Assembly (NCBI GenBank): GCA_016937995.1
Contig: JAFGVM010000002.1
Span: 1 to 43,884 of the forward strand
Length of the DNA stretch: 43,884 nt
Direction: 5' to 3'
Source: Candidatus Delongbacteria bacterium
Lineage (GTDB): Bacteria > UBA4055
In this document: in pieces, positions 17,990-27,967 of the stretch
Layout of the letters: every line of letters begins with the position of its first letter
Position numbering within the stretch: position 1 is the first letter of the stretch
Translations under genes and position numbers: made by a program
Notes under the pieces: model-generated
The model's database searches: none
Told to the model about the DNA's origin: nothing
Seen by the model: only the letters and a program-made list of their open reading frames with translations

Positions 17990-20554
17990 ATGACAAACCT
18001 ATACAACAAAATAGAAACTGAATTTCTGCCGTTCGTGGAAAAACCTTTAAGATATGCAGGATCAGAAGAGAATGTTATTGTAAAAGATCACACTAACAAA
18101 TTCAAAATATTGCTCATTTATCCTGATCTGTATGAGATCGGTATGGCTTATAAAGGATTTCATATACTTTACAATATCCTGAACAAAAGAAATGACATTG
18201 TCTGCGAAAGAACGTTCATTCCTGCCAGAGAAGCGGGAAATATGATGCGGGAGAAGAATATCCCGCTTTATAGTCTGGAGACCAGAACTCCTGTAGACGA
18301 ATTTGACATGATCGGTTTTACTCTCCCCTATGAACTCTGTTTCACGAATATACTTGAAGCTTTGGACCTTTCAGGGATATCATTCTTATCATCTGATAGA
18401 GACTCTTCTTCTCCTCTGATCATTGGCGGTGGAGCAAACGCCATTAATCCTGAGCCTGTTGCTGATATTTTTGATCTTTTTCTCATAGGTGACGGGGAGG
18501 AAATGCTTTTGCAATTGATCGACAAGCTTATTTCTTTAAGATCTGAAGGTGTTTCAAAGAAAGAACAGTTGAAAAAAATTTCTGAAATGGACAATATGTA
18601 TGTTCCAAGTTTATTTTATCCTCTATATAATAAAAAGAATAATTTCATCGGGTTCAAAGATCCCATTAAAAAGATAACTAAAGCTGTTGCCAGACTTGAT
18701 CATAGGAACTATCCCGCTTATCCTGTAGTACCTTTGATGGACATTTCACATGACAGAGCTACTGTTGAGATAATGAGAGGTTGTAACAGAGGCTGCAGGT
18801 TTTGTCAGGCAGGATACTACTATAGACCTGTCAGAGAAAGAGATCTCAATGAAATAATGGCACATACTGAAAATGTACTTTCGAACAGCGGCTGGAATGA
18901 ATTATCCCTGCTTTCACTTTCTACTTCGGATTACACGAACATCACTCCTCTTCTGGAGGAATTGTACAAAAAATACGCAAATTCACATATAAACATCTCT
19001 TTCCCGTCAATGAGAGCTGAATCATTTACAAATGAGATCGCCCTTGTTGCCTCTCTTGGGAGAAAAACGACTTTCACTTTTGCCCCTGAAGCCGGTTCTG
19101 ACAGACTAAGAAGGATCATAAATAAAACTATAAGCCTCGATGATATATATGATGTGCTTGATATTATTTTACCTCTTGGATGGAAAAACATTAAGCTTTA
19201 TTACATGATCGGACTTCCTTTTGAAACTGATGAGGATATGTATGAAACTGCTGAGATGATAAATTCGATCGGTAATTTTTCAAAAAGGTACGGAAACATA
19301 AATATTAAAATATCCATCTCCCCTTTCAATCCTAAACCTCATACTCCGTTTCAATGGGCAAAACAGGCAACTTTAGAAGAATTCAACCACAGAGTTGGGA
19401 TTCTGGCTAAAAATATTAACAGAAAAAATGTTAAACTGAGCTGGCGTGATCCAGAGGTTTCAGTTCTTGAAGCTATTTTCTCCAGAGGTGACAGGAAATT
19501 ATGTAAAGCTATTATTGAAGCTTTTAAACGTGGAGCTAAATTTGATGCATGGTCAGAGAGTATGGATTTTGATCTCTGGAAAAAAGTATTCAAGTCATTA
19601 AAAATTGATACCGAAGAATATCTTGATATTAAATCAGTTGAAGATCCACTACCTTGGGATATCATCGATATTGGCATCACCAAAGAATATTTTGTCGCAG
19701 AATGGAAAAAAGCCAGGAATGAAGCTTTAACAGAACCTTGCAGAGAAAAGTGCAGTATTTGCGGAATAGAAAAAAATTATAACTGCAATAAATTATTGAC
19801 CAGAAGAGTATCACCCAAAGGATTCGGAGAAATAATTGAAAAACCTCTACTCGGTCATGCTGCTATAGCACAACCTAAAGCTTATGTAAGATACCGGATC
19901 AAATACAAACGCTTACCTTCTTCGCGTTTCATTTCTCAGAGAAATCTTATCACTCTGCTGGAACGGAACATTACAAAGCATAATATTCAGGTAGAATATA
20001 CTAAAGGATTCCATCCTCTTCCTGTATTCAGCTTTGGACACCCGCTCGCATTCGGAGTTAATTCCGATTGTGAATTCATTGATATCGGGTTCAAAAAAGA
20101 TTACTCGGGTAAGATTAACAACGACATGAAAAAACTATTCTCAAACGTAATGGAATTTGTGGAATCTGTAGAGATAACAGAAAAAGTATTGGCTCCAATG
20201 CATTTCATTGACTATAACGAATATCTTATTGAGATACCTGATGGGTCTGCTGAATATTTCACAGAGATGATAATTAAGTTCAGATCAAAGAAAAAGCTTG
20301 AGTTCGAAAGACATAATAAAAAGAAGATCAGGAAAATAGATATTGTTCCTTTTGCAAAAAAGCTTGAATTTGATGGTGACAATATAATTGCAGGTATAAA
20401 ATTCGTCGATGGAATGTCAGTTAAACTGTCAGAGATATTTGAGTATGTATTCAGGATCGATAATGATGAGTATTATAAATATTCGATAAAAAAGATAAAT
20501 TCCGGGAAGATCTTTGGAAATAAGGTGCTGGATCCGATCACTGCAATTTCATAG
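17990..20554 (+). CDS. B12-binding-like radical SAM protein (TIGR03960-like) fused to a C-terminal radical-SAM-linked domain (TIGR03936/DUF2344-like)
   Basis: EKPLRYAGSE, YPDLYEIGM, RGCNRGCRFCQAG (CxxxCxxC), FAPEAGS, PKPHTPFQW, CREKCSICG; C-terminal YTKGFHP...FGHPLAFGV. Confidence 0.9.
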   Translation: MTNLYNKIETEFLPFVEKPLRYAGSEENVIVKDHTNKFKILLIYPDLYEIGMAYKGFHILYNILNKRNDIVCERTFIPAREAGNMMREKNIPLYSLETRTPVDEFDMIGFTLPYELCFTNILEALDLSGISFLSSDRDSSSPLIIGGGANAINPEPVADIFDLFLIGDGEEMLLQLIDKLISLRSEGVSKKEQLKKISEMDNMYVPSLFYPLYNKKNNFIGFKDPIKKITKAVARLDHRNYPAYPVVPLMDISHDRATVEIMRGCNRGCRFCQAGYYYRPVRERDLNEIMAHTENVLSNSGWNELSLLSLSTSDYTNITPLLEELYKKYANSHINISFPSMRAESFTNEIALVASLGRKTTFTFAPEAGSDRLRRIINKTISLDDIYDVLDIILPLGWKNIKLYYMIGLPFETDEDMYETAEMINSIGNFSKRYGNINIKISISPFNPKPHTPFQWAKQATLEEFNHRVGILAKNINRKNVKLSWRDPEVSVLEAIFSRGDRKLCKAIIEAFKRGAKFDAWSESMDFDLWKKVFKSLKIDTEEYLDIKSVEDPLPWDIIDIGITKEYFVAEWKKARNEALTEPCREKCSICGIEKNYNCNKLLTRRVSPKGFGEIIEKPLLGHAAIAQPKAYVRYRIKYKRLPSSRFISQRNLITLLERNITKHNIQVEYTKGFHPLPVFSFGHPLAFGVNSDCEFIDIGFKKDYSGKINNDMKKLFSNVMEFVESVEITEKVLAPMHFIDYNEYLIEIPDGSAEYFTEMIIKFRSKKKLEFERHNKKKIRKIDIVPFAKKLEFDGDNIIAGIKFVDGMSVKLSEIFEYVFRIDNDEYYKYSIKKINSGKIFGNKVLDPITAIS

Positions 20555-20607
20555 GAACTAGGTATTTGAGTCTAATACCTGAAATAAATCAAATTAAGGA
20601 ACATAAT

Positions 20608-21504
20608 ATGAAAACATTTATCAAAGTACTTATAATTCTTGGGATCCTGGCAATTGTATTCATGCTGGGAATTAATTACTTCATTTCAAGATTAATAGAC
20701 AGAGAAGCTGTAACATTTGCTGTCGAAGAAAATATTGATACAAGATTCGATGTTCAGGATATCAGTGTTAATATTTTTTCAACAACACCTTCTATTCACC
20801 TTGAAGATATTAAATTTGCTCCAAGAGATGAATATGCTGATGATCAGGTTGCTGTTAAAGACAGACCTGAAATTACTTCTGAGAACTTATACCTAACTGA
20901 ATTCGAGATAAATATAGATATTGTTCATGTGATCAGGAGTGAAGGTGAAATTATCAGTGAAATTATAATTGGAAAAGGTTCATCTGTAAACAGCTCAGAA
21001 ATATTGGATGAATTATTATCTTCAATCGAGAAACTTTCTGAATATGGCATAGAACTTGAAGGACTTTCTGATAAACTGGTGTTAGATGATGATTTGAAAG
21101 TGAAAACATTGTTCAAAGACGGGAAAGTTTCATTTCTGGAGGATCTCAAACTTGCAGCATTAGGTTATGATATTGTATTGACCAGTAAGAGCTGGATAAA
21201 TCTTGACAGCAAAGAAAATAATTTAAAAGGTTATGTCATGCTGTCAGAAGAAAATTCAGATCAGATCTTTAAGCAGATAGACTCGATAATAGATGACAAA
21301 ACTTCAAATATTTCAACTCATGGATATTCAGTGGATAAAAATAAGATCAAAGAAAAGGTCTTATCAGGTATGGTAAAAGATCAAAGAATTGTAATATTTT
21401 TTGAATCTTCAGGCATTATATCTGATCCGGAAGTAATTGTTTCAAGTTCTTTCGGATCTATCGAAAAGATCGCTGAAGAAGCTATTAATGATGCGATAAA
21501 ATAA
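20608..21504 (+). CDS. Hypothetical membrane-anchored protein, weak AsmA-like similarity
   Basis: Single N-terminal hydrophobic helix then an acidic beta-rich region. Start moved from TTG 20566 to ATG 20608 after AAGGA. Confidence 0.55.
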   Translation: MKTFIKVLIILGILAIVFMLGINYFISRLIDREAVTFAVEENIDTRFDVQDISVNIFSTTPSIHLEDIKFAPRDEYADDQVAVKDRPEITSENLYLTEFEINIDIVHVIRSEGEIISEIIIGKGSSVNSSEILDELLSSIEKLSEYGIELEGLSDKLVLDDDLKVKTLFKDGKVSFLEDLKLAALGYDIVLTSKSWINLDSKENNLKGYVMLSEENSDQIFKQIDSIIDDKTSNISTHGYSVDKNKIKEKVLSGMVKDQRIVIFFESSGIISDPEVIVSSSFGSIEKIAEEAINDAIK

Positions 21505-21522
21505 ACTAAAATTGGAGATGTT

Positions 21523-23826
21523 ATGAAAAATTTTACAATTATCATTTTACTGATCAACTCTATCCTATTTTCAGGAGAGCTTATTTTTAAGTATAATTTT
21601 GAAAAACCTGAAGTCATAGATAGAAAAGTTTTTTTAGAAGATTGTGACAGGTCAAATATTGCATTTTCTCCTTCCTTAGTCTTAAAACAGGTCAGATTGT
21701 TACTACCGGATGGCGAGAAGGCTGTATCATACAAGGTCAGTTACTCCAAGCCGGTTATCTTTGAAGAAAAATATGACATCTCCCCTGTCGAAGCTTCAGG
21801 AAGGCTTTCAGTAAATCCTCCTGCTGGGATACAAGGTAAAAGATCAGAAGTTTATTCAATAAATGAATTCTATCCGTCCAAAATAAACTCTGATAGATTT
21901 TTCACACAATACAAGAGCGGTCATCCGATCTTTATGACAATAATATATCCTGTACAGTATAATCCAGTGACCAAAGATCTAAGATATTATTCAGATATAA
22001 CACTCACCATTACTACAGAATCTAATCAAAAATCTGCAAAATTAGTAAGATCTTCTAAAAAAATTGAATCACTTATTAAAGCTATAGTGGACAATCCGCA
22101 ACAGGTAAATTTATCTTCAATATCTGTTAAGTCAGAGACTGATTATGATTATCTGATAATCACCCCAGATATTTTCACAGGTTCTTTCAGAGACTTTACG
22201 AACTTCAATTTACGTAGAGGATTGAAAACAACTATCAAATCTGTAGAAAGTATTTTAATTGAAATGACAGGTAATGACGATCAGGATAAAATCAGGAATT
22301 ATATAATTCAGGAATACACAAATAACAATATTACTTACGTTCTTCTCGCAGGAGACACAGATTATATTCCGCACAGAGGTTTCAGATCTGAAATAATGGA
22401 TTACGGAACAGACTATTATGACGAGACCGATATTCCCGCAGATATGTATTACGGCTGTTTAGACGGAACGTGGCAGTTACCTGCAAGCAGCTATTTTGGT
22501 GAACCGGGAAGTGAAGATCTTCTATGGGAAGTATACGTTTCCAGATTTTCTGTTGGAAATACTACAGAATTGACAAATATGATCCAGAAAACTATCCAAT
22601 ATTCTGAACAACCAGTAACCGGCAGGATCACAAATAATCTACTAGTCGGAGAACTTCTATGGGAAGAAGGCGGTGGCGAAGGATGGGTAGATTCATACGG
22701 TGGTGACTGTATGGATGAACTTGTGGATTATTGTGATCATAACAGTTATGAGACAACAGGATTTGATACTAATTGGACTAATTCAGAATTGTATGACAGA
22801 GATCTTGGTTATTGGTATAAAACTGACCTTTTCACTAAAATTAAAAATGAAGATATTACCTGGATCGACCATCTTGGTCATTCAAATAATACTTATAATA
22901 TGAGAATGACCAACAGTGACATTAAAAACAGTAACTTTGATAACGATGGTACAAGTTCCAACCCATTTGTAATTTATTCTCAAGGATGCTATTCAGGTGC
23001 ATTTGATAATAGAACTACAACACCTGGTTCATACACAATTGATTGCATAGGTGAAGCTTTTGTTGTATTTGCAAGAGCTGCTGTCGCTTATATCGGCAAC
23101 TCAAGATACGGATTAGGTTCTCCTTATGATACCGATGGTTCGGGACAAAGATTCCACAGATATTTTCATCATGCTACATTTGATCAAGATATAACTAAAA
23201 TTGAGCAAATGAATGCGTATTCAAAAGAGATCAACGCTCCATTGATCCTTGAAGAAGATATCAATCTTGGTCCATATTTCGGACAATGTAAATGGATCGC
23301 TTATTGTGTAAATGTCCTTGGAGATCCTGCTCTGGACATATGGACATCTGAGCCTCTGACTATGACAATTAATACTTTAGAAACTGTGGGATTCAATTCC
23401 ATTCCGACCATTCCTGTTGAAACAGATGTTCCTGGTGCAACTATCGCTGTTTTTTTTGAAGGAAATTATCTTTATAGTATTACAGCTGACCTTGATGGCA
23501 ATGCAGAACACAGTATGCCTGAAAGTATCGGACTTATAGAATATTATATCACGGCTCATAACTATCTACAGGGTTATGATACAACCGAGATCGTTACTGC
23601 CCCTGACTCTCCCTCAAACGTAGTAACGAACATTGTTCTAGATACATTTAATATGGATTGGGATACTGTCACTGATGCAAACTCATACATAATCTATGGA
23701 TCTGATGATCCGTATGGAAATTACAGCTATATAACAACAGTGGACACAAATTCATGGAGCACAACGATAGATTCAAATGTAAAGAAATTTTACCATATAG
23801 TAGCAAGCAGTGAACCGCTAAAATAA
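21523..23826 (+). CDS. Gingipain-like peptidase family C25 with propeptide
   Basis: Signal peptide; propeptide PVQYNPVT; YLIITP, IRNYIIQEY, YVLLAGD, DMYYGCLDG, HLGH (His), SQGCYSG (Cys) and NVLGDPAL motifs; GGAG RBS. Confidence 0.9.
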   Translation: MKNFTIIILLINSILFSGELIFKYNFEKPEVIDRKVFLEDCDRSNIAFSPSLVLKQVRLLLPDGEKAVSYKVSYSKPVIFEEKYDISPVEASGRLSVNPPAGIQGKRSEVYSINEFYPSKINSDRFFTQYKSGHPIFMTIIYPVQYNPVTKDLRYYSDITLTITTESNQKSAKLVRSSKKIESLIKAIVDNPQQVNLSSISVKSETDYDYLIITPDIFTGSFRDFTNFNLRRGLKTTIKSVESILIEMTGNDDQDKIRNYIIQEYTNNNITYVLLAGDTDYIPHRGFRSEIMDYGTDYYDETDIPADMYYGCLDGTWQLPASSYFGEPGSEDLLWEVYVSRFSVGNTTELTNMIQKTIQYSEQPVTGRITNNLLVGELLWEEGGGEGWVDSYGGDCMDELVDYCDHNSYETTGFDTNWTNSELYDRDLGYWYKTDLFTKIKNEDITWIDHLGHSNNTYNMRMTNSDIKNSNFDNDGTSSNPFVIYSQGCYSGAFDNRTTTPGSYTIDCIGEAFVVFARAAVAYIGNSRYGLGSPYDTDGSGQRFHRYFHHATFDQDITKIEQMNAYSKEINAPLILEEDINLGPYFGQCKWIAYCVNVLGDPALDIWTSEPLTMTINTLETVGFNSIPTIPVETDVPGATIAVFFEGNYLYSITADLDGNAEHSMPESIGLIEYYITAHNYLQGYDTTEIVTAPDSPSNVVTNIVLDTFNMDWDTVTDANSYIIYGSDDPYGNYSYITTVDTNSWSTTIDSNVKKFYHIVASSEPLK

Positions 23827-23838
23827 TAGAGCAATAAT

Positions 23839-25176
23839 TTGAAAAATAAAGCGATTTTAACAGAAGGACCTATTAATAAAAGTATTATCAAACTTACATT
23901 CGGCATGATGGTCGGAATGTATGCTATGGTAATGTTCAATCTTGTAGATACTTTCTTCGTCGGGCAACTTGGAACAACATACCTAGCAGCTATGAGTTTC
24001 ACTTTACCGGTGGTTATGATATATTCACATATCGGATTAGGTCTTGGTGTGGGTGCTTCAGCTGTTATTTCAAGAGCTATAGGAAGCGGAGACCATGAGA
24101 ATGTTCAGAGACTTACAACCGGTGCTCTCATTCTCGGTTTCGGGATAGCAGCTTTAATGATAATTCTGGGACTTCTTACTATCGATCCTGTTTTCAGAGC
24201 AATGGGTGCCAAAGGCGAGATCTTGAACTATATAAAAGATTATATGTTCGTATGGTATCTCGGGGTTCCGTTCGTGATGATACCAATGATGGGAAATAAC
24301 GCTATCAGAGCAGCAGGGAATACAGCTATTCCAAGTACTGTAATGACAGTAGGAATGGTAGTGAACGGTATTCTCGATCCTATTCTGATATTCGGACTGG
24401 GACCTTTTCCAAGGATGGAGTTAAAAGGCGCAGCTATCGCTACTGTTGTTGCCAGAATGACAACATTTGTATTTTCACTTCTCATTCTGAAATTCAAATT
24501 TGATATGATATCATTTTCAGCATTAAAACTAAAAAATATCTTTAACACCTGGAAAAGAGTTCTCTTTATTGGAATTCCTGCTACTTTGACTAATTTCATT
24601 GTACCTCTTTCCATGGGTATTATTACAAGAATGGTCTCAGGATATGGAAAAGAAGCCGTTGCAGCACTAGGTGTTGGTACAAGAATAGAAATGTTCGCTC
24701 TTGCCCCTATTTTCGCACTGGGAACAGTTATTCTCGCATTTGCGGGACAGAACATCGGAGCAAAGAATTTCGGAAGATTGAAACAAGGTATCCATTTCAG
24801 TCAGAGATTTTCTATGATCACAGGTGCTATTATCTTTACTGGACTGGCATTATTCGGAAAGTATATTGCTATGATCTTCGATAAAAATCCCGGTGTTACA
24901 AATATAATTGTGCTTTATTTAATGTTCGTTGCCGCCGGATATGGATTTCAGGGTGTAATGTTCATTACTTCAAGTACTTTCAATGCTATGCATAAACCAT
25001 ATAAAGCAATGACAATGAATGCTGTCAGAATGTTCGGATTGTATATTCCATTGGCACTGATCGGTTCATATATCTGGGGATTGCCCGGCATATTTGCAGG
25101 TGCAGGTATATCTGCTGTGATCGGCGGGATCATTGCAATGATATGGGTTAACAGGTCTGTAGCTGCGTTGAAATGA
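23839..25176 (+). CDS. MATE family efflux transporter
   Basis: LTEGPI, FNLVDTFFVGQLG, ILDPILIFG, GAAIATV and GQNIGA motifs; about 12 hydrophobic helices; TTG start. Confidence 0.93.
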   Translation: MKNKAILTEGPINKSIIKLTFGMMVGMYAMVMFNLVDTFFVGQLGTTYLAAMSFTLPVVMIYSHIGLGLGVGASAVISRAIGSGDHENVQRLTTGALILGFGIAALMIILGLLTIDPVFRAMGAKGEILNYIKDYMFVWYLGVPFVMIPMMGNNAIRAAGNTAIPSTVMTVGMVVNGILDPILIFGLGPFPRMELKGAAIATVVARMTTFVFSLLILKFKFDMISFSALKLKNIFNTWKRVLFIGIPATLTNFIVPLSMGIITRMVSGYGKEAVAALGVGTRIEMFALAPIFALGTVILAFAGQNIGAKNFGRLKQGIHFSQRFSMITGAIIFTGLALFGKYIAMIFDKNPGVTNIIVLYLMFVAAGYGFQGVMFITSSTFNAMHKPYKAMTMNAVRMFGLYIPLALIGSYIWGLPGIFAGAGISAVIGGIIAMIWVNRSVAALK

Positions 25177-25181
25177 CGAAA

Positions 25182-25784
25182 TTATTTATCCCAATTTTCT
25201 ACATTTGATTTTATATATTCAGTTATTTTTTTATGTAAATTATCATTCCAAATAATTTGATCATGATAATTCCGTTGCCAAATCGTCTTACCAACAGGAT
25301 ATTTGACAGTCATATTTTCACGAAACCATTTCATTACACCAATTTTAAATCCCCGAACGATGGAACCGATTGTTTTTGATGGTGATCGTAATGATTTCTG
25401 CAGGGGCGTATCACTATATGCCCGATTATCGTACGCCAGATCCAAACAACATTTTTCATCAACCGTTGTGTTATTATTGGGCACATTGTATTCGGGCGAA
25501 TGGTTATTCGCCCCTGCGTTTGGTTTCGTAATTTCAATTATACCGTGAATGTGATTTGGCATTATTATATATTCATGTAATGTTATACCTAAACAATATT
25601 TTGGAATATTTAACCAACATTTTTGAACAATCAAACCGGCATTATTCAAAACCATGGATTTGTTAATTATCTTACCAAATATTTGTTGATGATCTTCTGT
25701 ACAAATCGTAATAAAATACAATCCTGATCTACCGTAATCATAATTTTTTAATCTGATCGTTCTTCTGTTTTGATAATAATTCAT
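25182..25784 (-). mobile_element. REP-associated tyrosine transposase (RAYT; IS200/IS605 Y1 HUH superfamily), possibly decaying
   Basis: RRTIRLKNYDY...YFITICT, MPNHIHGII (HUH), SIVRGFK, WQRNY and EYI (catalytic Tyr region); REPs inside and next to the gene. Confidence 0.88.
25400..25517. repeat. Inverted REP doublet inside the RAYT coding sequence
   Basis: GCAGGGGCGTATCACTATATGCCC (25400..25423, +) and GCAGGGGCGAATAACCATTCGCCC (25517..25494, -). Confidence 0.85.
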
Positions 25785-25877
25785 AGTTACATTCCTTTTT
25801 TATTGAATATAACAATACTAAAAGGTCAAATAGTGATCTTTTGCTTGATTATTACAAATTTATTTTTTGTTCGATAT

Positions 25878-25907
25878 AAAAAAAAGGCGAATGGTTATTC
25901 GCCTCTG
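25878..25907 (-). terminator. REP-derived intrinsic terminator after the DUF4153-like gene
   Basis: Minus strand CAG-AGGCGAAT-AACC-ATTCGCCT followed by a T-run, 5 nt after the stop; 18-bp core identical to the REP at 25495..25512. Confidence 0.75.
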
Positions 25908-25912
25908 AAATT

Positions 25913-27775
25913 TCATTTAATTGTAAAATACATACTGAATACCGGGAATCGTATATTTTTTATATCATCATCTTCCTTCATGAATGAAAATGATGTAAAT
26001 ATTATTCTATATTTGATCCTGTCATTTTCACCTTCATATGTCATTTCATCAGGCTCTAATTGATTATACTGATCGACAACTTTATTCTTTCTAACAAGCC
26101 CTTTAATAACAGTCTTGAGGTCTAATACAATATTGTCATTGGAGTTGTAAATAACAACCTGCATTCTATCTCTATCCAATTCTATAGAGATCCCATCCTG
26201 TATTATAGCCAGGGTATCACTTTGATAATTTGCTACATCATCTAATAAATAATCATATTCTTTAATGTTTATAAGTTGAGATTTATTATAATATTTCTTT
26301 TGGAATGAAATATTCTCTTTGTTTGTAACACCGGTCTGCCAATTATTAATCAATTGAAATCCAAATCCTTCTTTAACCAGTCTTGATCTACTGACATTAA
26401 GATCCTTATCTCTATAGTAATAATTGTCACTAACTGCTTCCTTTTTATTGAGAGTATCAGCTTCCAGTCTTTCTATTGTTTCTTTTAAAAATTCTACTTT
26501 ATCAATACCATGTGTATCATAGAAATATGAAACAATCGACGAAATTCCCTTTCTGTCATCGAAAGAAATATCCCCTGTTTCATTCTTAATTATCTTACCA
26601 TCGACAAGTATCTTAGTATTTGTTAAAAGTTTTTCAAGTCTCCCCTTCTGACTCGTAATAGAAATATTGAAACAGCTCCAGGGTCCGAATAAAGATAATA
26701 ATGAAATTATTGACAAAGTTATCGGCAGATATTTTAATTTCGCTTTCTTATTTATAACAAAATATACCGATACTCCCAGCAACCACAACGCCAGCAGGAT
26801 TACAAAATATCTTTTCTCAGTGATCCCATACTGTCCTACCCTCTTCGAAATTGCAAAGAACAGCATGATTATCAATGGAATAAGAGCTCTAAAGAAATAT
26901 TTTGTATAGGTCTCCAGGCCTTTATATTTCTCTGACTTTTTCAGTGGAGAAGACAGTATAAGAGAATTGATCCCTACGAATGAAAATGAAATGATGAGAT
27001 ATGAAACTATCCCTTTAGGCCAGTCCTGAGTAAATATCACTTTGAACATATAGACATATAGTATTCCTATGTAACCTATTACCATCGGCAGCAGAATATA
27101 TATTGTAAGCACCTTCATAGCCTTTGGAAATTCATAACTTTCAAGGCTTTTCTCTTTCCTGTCAGGAACACCGGCTAGAAAATACATTGGTGCGAACAAT
27201 GTGCTTACAACAGCAAAAATATCACCATATAAATTCTCGTGTATACCGAAGTCGAACAGCTGCTCAATTGCAAAAATGGCTGAAACGATCCCAAAAAACA
27301 GGATCTGAGCAAAGATCATACTGACTACAATTCTGATTATCATATCAACATTATATCTACCGAAATCCGGTTCACTATCTTCTTTTCTGATGTAAGCGAA
27401 CATTAATCCCATGAAAGTTGACAGGTAGAATATTGTCATTACGATAAAGTCTCTTTCTCTGAATTTTAAAGGTAAAGTAAAGTATAAATATATCATGAAA
27501 GCGACCATCAAAATGTTTATAACTGAACGCAAATTCAATGAATATTCTTTTTTCTCTGAGAATAACTTTATAGCCAATGAAAGCATAAAACCAAGAATGG
27601 AAACAAAGATGGCTTTAAGAATATGTTCTTTGTAATGGTACTTGTAGCCGCTTTCAATTTCCAGAATGAATAAAACACAGGTAATAACAGAGAATAAGAC
27701 AGGTAATGGAAATCTTTGAAAAACATTTTTTATTCCTTCGACAATGTTTTGAAATGATATTTTTTTTATTTTCAT
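25913..27775 (-). CDS. DUF4153-like multi-pass membrane protein
   Basis: RFPLP N-terminus, YILLPMV...LYVY, RVGQYGITEKRY and FGPWS...SQKGRL motifs. Start moved from 27856 to ATG 27775 after AGGAGA. Confidence 0.8.
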   Translation of the reverse strand: MKIKKISFQNIVEGIKNVFQRFPLPVLFSVITCVLFILEIESGYKYHYKEHILKAIFVSILGFMLSLAIKLFSEKKEYSLNLRSVINILMVAFMIYLYFTLPLKFRERDFIVMTIFYLSTFMGLMFAYIRKEDSEPDFGRYNVDMIIRIVVSMIFAQILFFGIVSAIFAIEQLFDFGIHENLYGDIFAVVSTLFAPMYFLAGVPDRKEKSLESYEFPKAMKVLTIYILLPMVIGYIGILYVYMFKVIFTQDWPKGIVSYLIISFSFVGINSLILSSPLKKSEKYKGLETYTKYFFRALIPLIIMLFFAISKRVGQYGITEKRYFVILLALWLLGVSVYFVINKKAKLKYLPITLSIISLLSLFGPWSCFNISITSQKGRLEKLLTNTKILVDGKIIKNETGDISFDDRKGISSIVSYFYDTHGIDKVEFLKETIERLEADTLNKKEAVSDNYYYRDKDLNVSRSRLVKEGFGFQLINNWQTGVTNKENISFQKKYYNKSQLINIKEYDYLLDDVANYQSDTLAIIQDGISIELDRDRMQVVIYNSNDNIVLDLKTVIKGLVRKNKVVDQYNQLEPDEMTYEGENDRIKYRIIFTSFSFMKEDDDIKNIRFPVFSMYFTIK

Positions 27776-27785
27776 AATTCTCTCC

Positions 27786-27812
27786 TGTAATTGCGAACCC
27801 GATTTAACGGAT
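27786..27812 (-). repeat. Degenerate copy of the palindromic half-element at 17195..17221
   Basis: Minus strand atccgttaaatcgggttcgcaattaca versus tcccgataaatcgggatcgcaattaca; both lie just upstream of an RBS. Confidence 0.6.
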
Positions 27813-27967
27813 ATGGATTCCTTCGTGATTGTATATTCCCGTTTTAAATCATTCATTTATCTTTTCAAATTAAATAATCTAAATCCCAAAAACAATTATA
27901 AAGTTAATTGATTTATCACAAATTATTTAGTTTATTGTAATAGTATTCATTTAATGAGGCAAAAAAT

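Noticed and set aside
25182-25784. Autonomous IS200/IS605 element with TnpB
   Set aside because: No tnpB is present, and the RLKNYDY and WQRNY motifs plus REPs fit a RAYT rather than an IS200 TnpA.
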